This document shows positions 41,502-53,399 of a stretch of DNA of 64,000 bases, piece by piece. The notes below the pieces were generated by a model, which had not been told where the DNA came from, made no database searches, and saw nothing but the letters and a program-made list of their open reading frames with translations. The position numbers and the translations under genes were made by a program. The stretch lies in the sequence record OL770074.2; one strand, written 5' to 3'. Source of the stretch: Escherichia phage vB_EcoM-RPN187. Every line of letters starts with the position of its first letter. Within the stretch, counting starts at the first letter, position 1.

Positions 41502-41854
41502 TCTGAGAGCTTCCTGAGGTCTTCTGCAAAGGAATCGAAGGACCTGTTGATTTGTTTTTCGACCAATCCTGGTTTACTTGCCACCACGTTCTTCTTCTTC
41601 GAATCCTTACGGAGCTTTTCATTTTCGGCCTTAAGTTGGTCAACTAAAACACGGTTCTTATAAGTCATTTCTTCGATTGACTGATATTGAACCTTGAAGT
41701 CGTCTAATACTTTAGCATTGTTTTTAGCAGTCTCTTTAACAGAAGCTAATTCATTATTCAACGAATCAACTTTGTTGTTTAAGACAACTATTGTTAGCGT
41801 AGAAACTAGAGCAAAAGCTGCTACCATAGCATAAATCGGATTTACTTTAAGCAT
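41498..41854 (-). CDS. inner-membrane spanin (i-spanin, T4 pseT.3-like)
   Basis: 118 aa; N-terminal transmembrane segment AMVAAFALVSTLTIVVL then coiled-coil-like charged region; directly precedes the o-spanin. Confidence 0.6.
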   Translation of the reverse strand: MLKVNPIYAMVAAFALVSTLTIVVLNNKVDSLNNELASVKETAKNNAKVLDDFKVQYQSIEEMTYKNRVLVDQLKAENEKLRKDSKKKNVVASKPGLVEKQINRSFDSFAEDLRKLSE

Positions 41855-42342
41855 GTTTTAATAATCTCAATGATTTCATCTCGGGATAATCCATTGATAA
41901 GAACGGTTTTCGGACCATCACACTGGATTTTGTACGATTCAAACAATACACACAACTCTTCTGCTGTATGATACGGACTTGAAATTCCGAGGCGATTGAA
42001 TTTGTCGGTAAGAGGGTCGCAAATAATGTAGAATTTTATACCTGAGATATGTACGTTTGGTTGACTAATATTAATGAACACATTAGCGTCATATTTAGTC
42101 AAATTGTTTTGAAGAAATTCTACCATGGCATTAACTGCTTCCGGCATCGCTTCACGTTTCTCTTCGGTGTAACGTGTTGAATATTCCTTTTGCTTTAACT
42201 TCTTTTTAGCATTTTTCGCTAGAGTAGTACGAAGGTCCGTAAGATAACCAACTGCACGGCCTTTCTTAAAGACTCGGATTCCATCTGTAGAATCACCAAA
42301 TGCTGCCACAACCATATCGTTAGTAATCAATTGCATATTCAT
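41842..42342 (-). CDS. alc: Alc, inhibitor of host transcription
   Basis: 166 aa from ATG 42342 (MNMQLITNDMVVAAFGDS...) matches T4 Alc as recalled; the ORF-track extension to 42405 reads through the promoter. Confidence 0.75.
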   Translation of the reverse strand: MNMQLITNDMVVAAFGDSTDGIRVFKKGRAVGYLTDLRTTLAKNAKKKLKQKEYSTRYTEEKREAMPEAVNAMVEFLQNNLTKYDANVFINISQPNVHISGIKFYIICDPLTDKFNRLGISSPYHTAEELCVLFESYKIQCDGPKTVLINGLSRDEIIEIIKTCLK

Positions 42343-42371
42343 AATTTTCTCCTCGTGTTGTTGATAAAAGC

Positions 42372-42402
42372 CATAGTAACACCTTCCTTGGTGTTTGTAA
42401 AC
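42372..42402 (-). promoter_or_regulatory. T4 early-type promoter for alc
   Basis: Reverse complement reads gGTTTACaaacaccaaggaaggtgtTACTATGG, then GAGGAG and the ATG. Confidence 0.5.
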
Positions 42403-42404
42403 CA

Positions 42405-43538
<1,134 letters not shown>

Positions 43539-43553
43539 TCAGTTAGTTTTTTT

Positions 43554-43585
43554 AAATTGTACCACAATCCTTGTGGCATGTAAAC
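43554..43585 (-). promoter_or_regulatory. T4 early-type promoter for rnlA
   Basis: Reverse complement reads aGTTTACatgccacaaggattgtgGTACAATtt, then GAGGA and the ATG. Confidence 0.5.
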
Positions 43586-43995
43586 TACTTTTTCTTATGT
43601 TGGATATTCCAAGGCGGGTTGAACTTTTTGATAAAAAGCGGTTCTTCAAGGTCCATTGTTGCGATGGTCATTGAACCAAGTTCGTTGGTGACTGAAAGGT
43701 CAAAACATTGGCGGGCCCAGAATTCAACCTTTTTGCCTTGCATTAAGGCATCCAAAATCATAAGTGATTTTCTTGAATCTGAAGTCTGGTCTTTTCGATT
43801 TATGGCTGTTCGATAATAGTTAATGCGTTTCTTTAAATTCTTGGTTTTACCAATATACACAAGCTCGTCATCTATAGCAATAGCGTATATGACATTTTTC
43901 TTATTAGGGACATCAACTGTTTTAATTGTTGCATCTTCTAATAGCTCCAATTCTGTATATTTAATAAAGGAATATTCGGCGGCAATATCTTTCAT
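43585..43995 (-). CDS. denA: endonuclease II (DenA)
   Basis: 136 aa; same length and position as T4 DenA; GIY-YIG-like VYAIAIDDELVYIGKTKNLKKR. Confidence 0.8.
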   Translation of the reverse strand: MKDIAAEYSFIKYTELELLEDATIKTVDVPNKKNVIYAIAIDDELVYIGKTKNLKKRINYYRTAINRKDQTSDSRKSLMILDALMQGKKVEFWARQCFDLSVTNELGSMTIATMDLEEPLFIKKFNPPWNIQHKKK

Positions 43996-44003
43996 AATAA
44001 AGT

Positions 44004-44017
44004 GGGACCGAAGTCCC
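44004..44017 (-). other. stem-loop GGGAC-UUCG-GUCCC between nrdB and denA
   Basis: gggaccgaagtccc read directly; lies between the nrdB stop and the denA start. Confidence 0.35.
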
Positions 44018-44021
44018 GTCC

Positions 44022-45200
44022 TTAGAAATATTTTTTGTATGAATTGATTACATTTTGGTCTACATCATTATCAATTTGTGCGACAAGATAAGAACTGATT
44101 TCAACTTCCTGAGGAGCTGCTTGAACTAAATCAGAGTTCAGATATTCACGAATCCAAGGATACGGATGCTTGGTCGGAGCATCAGTGATTGGGCAGGGTA
44201 AACCACACTGTTTCATACGAGACACAGTCAAGTAATCAACAAAAGCACACATACTCTGCGTATTGATACCTGGACATGTACCGTCTTTAAAGAGGTGTGC
44301 AGCCCATTCCTTCTCTTGACTATTTACTTCCATAAAAATGCCAACTGCTTCTTGTTCACATTCTTTAGCAATTTGAACCCACTCATCACCGTCAGTACCA
44401 GATTGAAGTTGACGGATAATGTACTGAGTACCCTTTAGGTGGAGTTGTTCGTCACGAGCAATGAACTTCATAATCTTTGCATTACCTTCCATAATTTCCA
44501 TATTTTTATGGAAGTTGAAAGTACATGCGAAAGATACATAAAAACGAATAGCTTCCAAGGCGTTAATTACATGAAGGCAAAGATAAAGAGATTTCATTAG
44601 CTCACGCTTCCAATATGTCTCATGCTCAATAGCATCTTCAATAACGTCTTCGTCTGCATTAATTTCTTTTTGGTATTTGATATCAGCTTTAGCGTTTTCC
44701 CAATAACGAGTTTTAACCAGAACATCATCGTAATATTTACCTATTGATTCAGCTCGTTTCATGATTGCTTCGTCTAATACAATCTCATCAAATACCTTAG
44801 ACGGATCGGTATAAAGATTTCGCATAATATGAGTATACGAACGAGAGTGAATAGTTTCGCTGAATGTCCATGTTGCAACCCACGTATCTAATGAAGGGTC
44901 AGAAATCAGTGCCATAAGTACCGCAGATGGGGCTCTGCCTTGGATAGAATCTAATAATGATTGATACTTAAGATTGTTTGTAAAGATGTCCTGTTGGAAC
45001 TGAGGAAGCTTATTGAACTGCGCAGAGTCCAACATCAAGTTTACCTCTTCGGGGCGCCAGAAAAACGAGAGCTGACGTTCAATAAGTTCTTCAAATACTC
45101 GATGTCGTTGAATATCATAACGAGCTAAACCTAATCCAGAACCAAAGAACATCGGTTCATTCAAAACATCAACTTGTTGTGTGTTAAAAACTGTACTCAT
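44022..45200 (-). CDS. nrdB: ribonucleotide reductase small subunit NrdB (intron-less)
   Basis: ORF-track start 45212 is GTG; ATG at 45200 gives MSTVFNTQQVDVLNEPMFFG, matching the T4 NrdB N-terminus as recalled; contiguous reading frame. Confidence 0.9.
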   Translation of the reverse strand: MSTVFNTQQVDVLNEPMFFGSGLGLARYDIQRHRVFEELIERQLSFFWRPEEVNLMLDSAQFNKLPQFQQDIFTNNLKYQSLLDSIQGRAPSAVLMALISDPSLDTWVATWTFSETIHSRSYTHIMRNLYTDPSKVFDEIVLDEAIMKRAESIGKYYDDVLVKTRYWENAKADIKYQKEINADEDVIEDAIEHETYWKRELMKSLYLCLHVINALEAIRFYVSFACTFNFHKNMEIMEGNAKIMKFIARDEQLHLKGTQYIIRQLQSGTDGDEWVQIAKECEQEAVGIFMEVNSQEKEWAAHLFKDGTCPGINTQSMCAFVDYLTVSRMKQCGLPCPITDAPTKHPYPWIREYLNSDLVQAAPQEVEISSYLVAQIDNDVDQNVINSYKKYF

Positions 45201-45252
45201 TATATTTCTCACTTAGTTTAACTCATCCATGAGTAAATTATAATCAAAAGTC

Positions 45253-47508
45253 TTAAAGCTTACAAGCAGAACAATCTTCAGCTTTAGGTGTTTCTAATTC
45301 ATAGTCATCTGTACCTGACCCATCACGAGTGTTATGATAGTAGAGATTTTTTCCGCCAAAGTACCAGAAGTAAAGCAGATCGTCAAGCATTACTGACATT
45401 GGCACTTTACCTTTCTCAAATACCGCAGGGTCATAGTAAGTATTAGCAGAAGCAGATTGGCACACCCATTTCAACATGATAGCAACTTGGGTCAAATAAG
45501 GTTTATTACCTTTCTTAGCAAGTTTCCACGCGTAGTCGTAAAGACTCATGTTATGTTCTATATTAGGAACAACCTGACGGAAGTTGCCTTCTTTAGATTC
45601 TTTAATACTTACTGGACCGCGTGGGGGCTCAATCCCGTTTGTAGAGTTTGATACTTGACTGCTTGACTCACAAGGCATGAGTGCAGACAACGTTGAGTTA
45701 CGAATTCCATGTTCTTTGAGTTCAGCTCGAAGTTCTTCCCAGTCACAGACGTAGTTCGGGGCTGCGATTTGGTCAATCTTTTTATTGTACCAGTCGATAG
45801 GTAATTCGCCTCTAGACCATTTAGTGTCTGAATAATACTCGCAACATCCTTTTTCTTTGGCGAGTTTGATTGAAGCTTTGATAAGGCCATATTGCAATCT
45901 CTCAAACAATTCATGAGTCAAATCGTTAGCGTCTTCATATGAAGCAAAGTTAGAAGTTAACCATGCAGCATAGTTCGTCACACCAACACCGAGGTTTCGA
46001 CGCTTTTTAGCTTTTAAAGCTTCTGGAACCGGATAATCTTGATAGTCTAACAGGTTATCAAGTGCACGAACTTGGACTTCTGCCAATTCATTAATTTTAT
46101 CTTGGTCTTGCCAATCAAATTTATCTAATACAAAAGCAGATAATGTGCATAAACCAATTTCAGCATCAGGACCATTCACATCATTAGTTGGAATAGCGAT
46201 TTCACAACATAAGTTACTCTGACGAATTGGAGCTTTTTCACGAATAAATGGAGTATAGTTATTAGTGTTATCAACAAACTGTGGATAAATTCGAGCGGTG
46301 CCAGAACGTTCAGTCATGAACAATTCAAAGAGTTCTAGTGCTTTGATTCTTTTCTTTCTGATTGTCGGGTCTTTTTCAGCTTTCTCATAAAGCTCACGGA
46401 ATTTATCTTGATCTTCAAAGAACGAGTAGTATAGTTCGCCTGACATTTCGTGAGGGCTAAATAAAGTAATATAATCATTTTTACCAAGGCGTTCCATCAT
46501 GAGGTCATTAATCTGAATTCCGTAGTCCATATGTCGAATACGGTTTTCATCCACGCCTTTGTTATTTTTCAGAACTAATAGGTTCTCTACTTCTAAGTGC
46601 CACATTGGATAATAAGCTGTAGCAGCACCACCACGAATACCACCTTGAGAACAAGATTTTACTGCAGTTTGGAAATGTTTCCAGAATGGAATAACACCCG
46701 TATGTCGAACTTCACCCATACCGATCTTAGAACCTTCTGCACGAAGCATACCAACGTTGATACCGATACCAGCTCGTTTAGAAATATATTCAATAATTGA
46801 TGCTGAAGTTTTGTTAATAGATTTTAACGAATCACCAGCTTCAATAACTACACAACTAGAGAACTGACGAGTTGGAGTACGAGCACCTGCCATAATTGGG
46901 GTAGGCAATGAAACTTGATGAGTAGAAACGGCATCATAAAAACGAATAATATGTTTCAAACGGTCATGAGTTTCGTCTTGGTGTAAGGCCATACCAATAG
47001 CCATGATAGCAAACTGTGGAGTTTCATAAATCTTCCCAGTTGTTTTATCTTTAACTAGATATTTTTCTTTAAGCTGCATAGCACCAGCATAAGTCAGGTC
47101 AAAGTCTCGTTCATGTTTAATCTGTGAATCGAGATAAATGATTTCTTCTGCTGAATATTGAGACAACAACTCAGGGTCGTATTTACCTTCATTAACACAG
47201 TAAGAAATATGGTCGATAAAAGCAGGCGGTTCAAACTGCCCGTATACATCTTTACGAAGTGCAAACATTAATCCTTTAGCGGCGACATACTGATAATCAG
47301 GTTCTTCGACAGAAATCAAGTTAGCTGCAACTTTAATACAAATCTTCTGAATATCTTTGGTGCTCATCCCATCGACAAGATGGGTCTTAATTTCTTCGTA
47401 TAATTCATATGGGTCGATTTGTGTTCCTTCACATTGCCAAGTTAAAACTTGAATAATTTTCTGTGCATCAAAATTTTGAGATACACCACTGCTCTTAGTT
47501 ACTTGCAT
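45253..47508 (-). CDS. nrdA: ribonucleotide reductase large subunit NrdA
   Basis: 751 aa; ATP-cone N-terminus and active-site NLCCEI; C-terminal CSACKL. Confidence 0.95.
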   Translation of the reverse strand: MQVTKSSGVSQNFDAQKIIQVLTWQCEGTQIDPYELYEEIKTHLVDGMSTKDIQKICIKVAANLISVEEPDYQYVAAKGLMFALRKDVYGQFEPPAFIDHISYCVNEGKYDPELLSQYSAEEIIYLDSQIKHERDFDLTYAGAMQLKEKYLVKDKTTGKIYETPQFAIMAIGMALHQDETHDRLKHIIRFYDAVSTHQVSLPTPIMAGARTPTRQFSSCVVIEAGDSLKSINKTSASIIEYISKRAGIGINVGMLRAEGSKIGMGEVRHTGVIPFWKHFQTAVKSCSQGGIRGGAATAYYPMWHLEVENLLVLKNNKGVDENRIRHMDYGIQINDLMMERLGKNDYITLFSPHEMSGELYYSFFEDQDKFRELYEKAEKDPTIRKKRIKALELFELFMTERSGTARIYPQFVDNTNNYTPFIREKAPIRQSNLCCEIAIPTNDVNGPDAEIGLCTLSAFVLDKFDWQDQDKINELAEVQVRALDNLLDYQDYPVPEALKAKKRRNLGVGVTNYAAWLTSNFASYEDANDLTHELFERLQYGLIKASIKLAKEKGCCEYYSDTKWSRGELPIDWYNKKIDQIAAPNYVCDWEELRAELKEHGIRNSTLSALMPCESSSQVSNSTNGIEPPRGPVSIKESKEGNFRQVVPNIEHNMSLYDYAWKLAKKGNKPYLTQVAIMLKWVCQSASANTYYDPAVFEKGKVPMSVMLDDLLYFWYFGGKNLYYHNTRDGSGTDDYELETPKAEDCSACKL

Positions 47509-47552
47509 ACATTCCTCAGTACAGGTTGGTAGACATTACTCCAAACGGGATA

Positions 47553-47575
47553 GTATTTATCCCGTTAATTTATTA
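47553..47575. other. 7-bp inverted repeat in the nrdA 5' leader region
   Basis: acgggat-N7-atcccgt read directly upstream of the nrdA RBS; function unknown. Confidence 0.25.
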
Positions 47576-47595
47576 TACACTTTTAAACTGAAGCG

Positions 47596-47850
47596 TTAAT
47601 TATCCTCAGCAATAATTTCTTCGTATTCTTTAGGTGTCAAGACTGTGATATCGAAATAAACCAACGGTTCTTTTTCTATACCGTAACCACCACAAAATTC
47701 ACGATATTCATAAATTCGTTCGTGTGAATAGCAAATAAATCGTTCACCTTTAACTGTGATTTCACTATTAGGTGAAGGGATATCCAGTTCACTTGGATTT
47801 TTCATTTCAAAAATTGTGGTGCCATATGAATTAATAAAACGTAAAATCAT
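47596..47850 (-). CDS. hypothetical protein (T4 nrdA.1 position)
   Basis: 84 aa; ATG start. Confidence 0.4.
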   Translation of the reverse strand: MILRFINSYGTTIFEMKNPSELDIPSPNSEITVKGERFICYSHERIYEYREFCGGYGIEKEPLVYFDITVLTPKEYEEIIAEDN

Positions 47851-47851
47851 T

Positions 47852-49547
<1,696 letters not shown>

Positions 49548-49608
49548 TTTATTCTCCTTCACTTTTATTTGATAGGGCTACTATAACATAGCCCTATCTT
49601 GTTATAAA

Positions 49609-50001
49609 CTACTTTTTAAAAGTTTTTTGCAAAAGTTTGATGATTTCGTCGACGTTGGTTTCATCTACGATACAATGGATTTTTGTTACACCTAAAGTTA
49701 TACCTTCATTAGTAGGTTGAGGCTTTACTAAATCTACCTCAGTAAAGTATTTGAACTCGTCAGGATAAATCTCAAAATAAGTTTCAATTTCACCACCAGC
49801 AGAACATACCGTACCATCTTCCATAGTTACACTTACTACGTTTGACGTATCGCTATCATAATCAGGTTCCATTCCGTTTACAACAAAACTAGGCCCGTGA
49901 AGTTCAATCAATTTTAACATCTTAGCGTTATTGTGTGGTGCTTCTTGAACAAAGTCGTCTTTAAACAAAGGGTTAATGATATAAGATTTTCCGATTTCCA
50001 T
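49609..50001 (-). CDS. hypothetical protein (T4 frd.2/frd.3 position)
   Basis: 130 aa; ATG preceded by GAGGA; own early promoter. Confidence 0.45.
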   Translation of the reverse strand: MEIGKSYIINPLFKDDFVQEAPHNNAKMLKLIELHGPSFVVNGMEPDYDSDTSNVVSVTMEDGTVCSAGGEIETYFEIYPDEFKYFTEVDLVKPQPTNEGITLGVTKIHCIVDETNVDEIIKLLQKTFKK

Positions 50002-50030
50002 TTTGATTTCCTCATGTTGTTGATAGAACT

Positions 50031-50059
50031 ATAATATCACATCTAGGGAAGAAGTAAAC
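50031..50059 (-). promoter_or_regulatory. T4 early-type promoter
   Basis: Reverse complement reads tGTTTACttcttccctagatgtgaTATTATAGt. Confidence 0.5.
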
Positions 50060-50086
50060 AACTTTTTTTGGCAATTTACAGATACT

Positions 50087-50109
50087 CAAAAGGGAGACCG
50101 AAGTCTCCC
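50087..50109 (-). terminator. intrinsic terminator GGGAGAC-UUCG-GUCUCCC downstream of gene 32
   Basis: Identical 18-nt hairpin; on the minus strand it is followed by UUUUGAG; 6 nt after the gene 32 stop. Confidence 0.75.
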
Positions 50110-50115
50110 GATTTA

Positions 50116-51018
50116 TTATAGACCAGCTAACAGGTCATCGAGGTCGCCATCATCAGAGGATGAGGTAGAGCTCATGAAGTCATCTTCAGTTTTTGCAGAA
50201 CTAAAGGCTTCCATGTCTTTATCAAAATCGTCAAGGTCAGAAGCAACTTTATCTGCAACAGAAGCTGCTGCGGCTGCTGCACCACCAAGAGCGGCAGTAC
50301 CAAGAACTTGATTAAATTTAGTATTCAATTCTTCAAACGATTTGAACTTATCTTTAGAAGTCATTTCAGAAAGGTCAACCATTTGTTCGAACAATTCTTT
50401 CTGGAAAGATTCATCATCAATGTTTGGAATCGCAGATTGATTCAGGAATTTAGATTCGTCGTAGTTACTGAAACCAGAAACCTGTTTAACTTTCAGTACA
50501 AAGTTAGCACCTTCCCATGGGCAAGTTACATCAACAGGAGTTTCACCCATTTCAGTATCGACTGCAATCATTGCATTGATTTTGTCCCAAATCTTTTTAC
50601 CAAAACGGTATTTGAATACTTTACCTTCATTGTCTGGAGCTTGTGGGTCTTTAACAACCAGGATATTAGCCCAATAAGAAGTTTTACGTTTCAGTTGAGA
50701 ATATTCTGTTTTGTTTGTATTGTACAGATCATTTTTACTAATGTACTGACATACTGGACAAGAGTCATAATCGCCGTGTGTAGATGAACAGGTTTCAATA
50801 TACCATTTGCCGTTTTTCTTGAACCCGTGGTTAACAAGAATTGCAAACGGAAGTGCGTCATCTGTTTTTGCCGGCAGGAAACGAATTACCGCTTGACCAT
50901 TACCGGATGCATCGAGTTTCAGCTTCCATTCACCTTTATCTTCTGAAGAGAAACCTTTGTTACCATTCAGTTTAGCCATCTGAGCTGCGAGGTCTGCGGT
51001 ACTTTTACGTTTAAACAT
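50116..51018 (-). CDS. 32: single-stranded DNA-binding protein gp32
   Basis: 300 aa; N-terminal [17 protein letters not shown], acidic C-terminal tail; close to T4 gp32 as recalled. Confidence 0.95.
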   Translation of the reverse strand: MFKRKSTADLAAQMAKLNGNKGFSSEDKGEWKLKLDASGNGQAVIRFLPAKTDDALPFAILVNHGFKKNGKWYIETCSSTHGDYDSCPVCQYISKNDLYNTNKTEYSQLKRKTSYWANILVVKDPQAPDNEGKVFKYRFGKKIWDKINAMIAVDTEMGETPVDVTCPWEGANFVLKVKQVSGFSNYDESKFLNQSAIPNIDDESFQKELFEQMVDLSEMTSKDKFKSFEELNTKFNQVLGTAALGGAAAAAASVADKVASDLDDFDKDMEAFSSAKTEDDFMSSTSSSDDGDLDDLLAGL

Positions 51019-51090
51019 TTTATTTGCCTTTATTTAGATTATTAATTAAATTTTACAGTTGGTTGCTACGACACTTATACCTCGTAGCTG
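51019..51090 (-). promoter_or_regulatory. gene 32 5' leader: autoregulatory translational operator (hairpin plus AU-rich tract)
   Basis: Stem GCTACGA(51065-51071)/TCGTAGC(51082-51088) followed, in the mRNA, by about 45 nt of A/U-rich sequence before the ATG; matches the known T4 gene 32 operator layout. Confidence 0.5.
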
Positions 51091-51098
51091 GTATGTTT

Positions 51099-51106
51099 TA
51101 TTTATA
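51099..51106 (-). promoter_or_regulatory. late promoter (TATAAATA) for gene 32
   Basis: Reverse complement reads ccgTATAAATAaaac upstream of the operator hairpin. Confidence 0.45.
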
Positions 51107-51135
51107 CGGTAATTCTAACACACAAGAAATAAAGC

Positions 51136-51789
51136 TTAATACTTACATGATTTGATTGTTTCTATGAACAATTTCTTAGCAGCATTTCCATCGATTTGAA
51201 GTATTTTTCGATATGCCTTTAATTTGGTAGAATAATTTTGCCAGACTAAGTTATCGGTGAGTTCGTCGTGCTTATCTATAATATTCAAAAATGAGTCCAA
51301 CAATAAGAAAGTCTCAAATGAAATTATATTGCTTTGTAGCAATTTGAATATGTAGCTCGACTGAACGTTGTTATTATAATCAAATATCTCTTGAAGCGCA
51401 CTAACTTCAACTTTCTTACTGAAATAGTAGATGTTACGCACGTCTTCAGCAAACGTCTCCTTGGCTTGTTTGAGACGTCCAATATATTCCCTATAGAAAA
51501 CTAATGCATCAGCGTCTGATATCTCACCAATCCATGCGTCTTGGTTAGCAACTAAGTTGCTTATGAATATCAAGGTGAGTTCCTTCAATTTATATTTCTC
51601 TGATAGTTTTTCAAAGAAATATTTATCTCGGCGTTTTTGATACGCATTATCCGAAACACGCATGCACCAGTTATATTTGATTACGTCATACCGACCATTA
51701 AAATGTTGTTTGCACATCAAGTATAGTTTATATACCGATTTTCCATTAATATAACGTTCTCCATCAGGAGGCATGCGTATTTTAATCAT
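51136..51789 (-). CDS. 59: gp59 helicase loader
   Basis: 217 aa; near-identical to T4 gp59 as recalled. Confidence 0.85.
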   Translation of the reverse strand: MIKIRMPPDGERYINGKSVYKLYLMCKQHFNGRYDVIKYNWCMRVSDNAYQKRRDKYFFEKLSEKYKLKELTLIFISNLVANQDAWIGEISDADALVFYREYIGRLKQAKETFAEDVRNIYYFSKKVEVSALQEIFDYNNNVQSSYIFKLLQSNIISFETFLLLDSFLNIIDKHDELTDNLVWQNYSTKLKAYRKILQIDGNAAKKLFIETIKSCKY

Positions 51790-52124
51790 AATAAGAAATC
51801 TAACGTATTAGTTTTTTCACCACGAGCAACTGATGGGCGAAGCATGTTTTCGTCAATTGCTTCGCTTGTAATTTTTTCAACAATTCCTGTAGGAATAAAT
51901 TTAGCAAATTGTGTTTCTGGAATAGAATTTTCTTCCAAGAAAGCAGTTGTTGCTTCTAAATAAGACATACCAAATTGTTCAACCATGGATTCGATAATGA
52001 ATCCGTTTTCTTGACGGTCAAGCAATTTAGCGATATCATCTTTATCGTGTTTTACTGCTAATTCTTGTTCAGATAAACCGGCCTCATCAACCGGCTTAAT
52101 ATCACTTAGTGAAAACTGTGTCAT
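51786..52124 (-). CDS. 33: gp33 late-transcription co-activator
   Basis: 112 aa, same length as T4 gp33; ATGA overlap with gene 59. Confidence 0.8.
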   Translation of the reverse strand: MTQFSLSDIKPVDEAGLSEQELAVKHDKDDIAKLLDRQENGFIIESMVEQFGMSYLEATTAFLEENSIPETQFAKFIPTGIVEKITSEAIDENMLRPSVARGEKTNTLDFLL

Positions 52125-52371
52125 AAAGCTCGACTACCTCTTCGTTTTCAGCTTCAAATTGGTCACGAGCGTCTTTATGATAAAGAGCTAACAAACGATT
52201 AAACATTTTTACATCGACGCCAAGCTCTTCTTTAGCACGAGTACGAATGTCTTTAATCAGTTCATTATAACCAGAAATTTTAAGTTTGTTATCGGAAGCT
52301 TCCTTGACTAGTTTAGCCAGTTCTTCACCATGCACATCTTGATTAAATTCAACTGCTTCTTTCTTAGCCAT
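52102..52371 (-). CDS. dsbA: DsbA double-stranded DNA-binding protein
   Basis: ATG at 52371 (GAGGT 5 nt upstream) gives 89 aa, the T4 DsbA length; the ORF-track ATG at 52389 adds 6 residues. Confidence 0.7.
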   Translation of the reverse strand: MAKKEAVEFNQDVHGEELAKLVKEASDNKLKISGYNELIKDIRTRAKEELGVDVKMFNRLLALYHKDARDQFEAENEEVVELYDTVFTK

Positions 52372-52378
52372 GTTTACC

Positions 52379-53296
52379 TCAGAATTCATTAATTACACTT
52401 GTTAATTTAGAAAGACCAGATTTTACAAAGTATGAATAAATCTTGCCTTTAGGTTGTGGTTTATATGAGTTATAATACTCTATAATGGTTGAAGCAATAT
52501 TATCAGGGATATAATCAAAATCAATGAGAACCAAATTTTCTTGATACCGTTTATATTCTTCTGCACTTAATAATACTTCAGCTTGAGAACGGTCATTGGC
52601 AATTGCTTCAATAATCGTTGTTTTCATGCTCGGAGTTCGTTCACCATCAACTCTGGTAAACCAGAAGTCGCCGCGAACTCGAACAGATGCAACGCCGTCT
52701 TTACGGTCACCTTTAAGAATTTTAGTCATGCAATCAATTTCAGCAGAACCGTTCTTAATTTTAACCCATTTTTTCTGTGGTGGCGACCACTGTTTAACGT
52801 TAGGATATTTGTGTAATTGTGTAAAGTCACCATCTGATGCAACAATACATACCTTATGTCCAGTTAATGACAAATATTTAGTTAATACACCGATATGGTC
52901 ATCCGCTTCATACTTGTCAATATCCATTACAACGTATGGCATGTATTTCTTAATCTCATCAACAACTTGACGGAGCGCAGTAAAATATCCTTCCCAATCC
53001 CACTTTGAAGCTTCACGATCGGTTTTACGATTTTTCTTGTAATAGTAAGCAAAGTCACGACGCCAATAACCTGAAGTAGCATTATCCATACACAATACAA
53101 ATTTTGTATAGCCTTGCTTACGGAACATCACTACGTTTTTACGAATTGAATTCAAGATTACATGGCGAACCATCGGAACAGTAATTTTATCACCGTCTTC
53201 AAAGTTGTTTAATGCAGCTGCTAATGCAATGTTACTAAAGTCGGCAAGTGCAATACCTTCTTTGTAATCTTCATCCAACATCATTTCTAAATCCAT
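52379..53296 (-). CDS. rnh: RNase H (5'-3' exonuclease)
   Basis: 305 aa; close to T4 RNase H as recalled. Confidence 0.85.
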   Translation of the reverse strand: MDLEMMLDEDYKEGIALADFSNIALAAALNNFEDGDKITVPMVRHVILNSIRKNVVMFRKQGYTKFVLCMDNATSGYWRRDFAYYYKKNRKTDREASKWDWEGYFTALRQVVDEIKKYMPYVVMDIDKYEADDHIGVLTKYLSLTGHKVCIVASDGDFTQLHKYPNVKQWSPPQKKWVKIKNGSAEIDCMTKILKGDRKDGVASVRVRGDFWFTRVDGERTPSMKTTIIEAIANDRSQAEVLLSAEEYKRYQENLVLIDFDYIPDNIASTIIEYYNSYKPQPKGKIYSYFVKSGLSKLTSVINEF

Positions 53297-53325
53297 ATGA
53301 ACCTCTTGTTCAGTTAGTCAACTTG

Positions 53326-53358
53326 ACTATAGTAACATACTCATTTGAAAGCGTAAAC
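53326..53358 (-). promoter_or_regulatory. T4 early-type promoter for rnh
   Basis: Reverse complement reads aGTTTACgctttcaaatgagtatgtTACTATAGt; divergent from the gene 34 late promoter. Confidence 0.5.
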
Positions 53359-53361
53359 TGG

Positions 53362-53369
53362 TATAAATA
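53362..53369 (+). promoter_or_regulatory. late promoter (TATAAATA) for gene 34
   Basis: Exact TATAAATA 30 nt upstream of the gene 34 ATG. Confidence 0.6.
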
Positions 53370-53399
53370 AGTATTATTGAAACAATAAAGGAAAAACGA

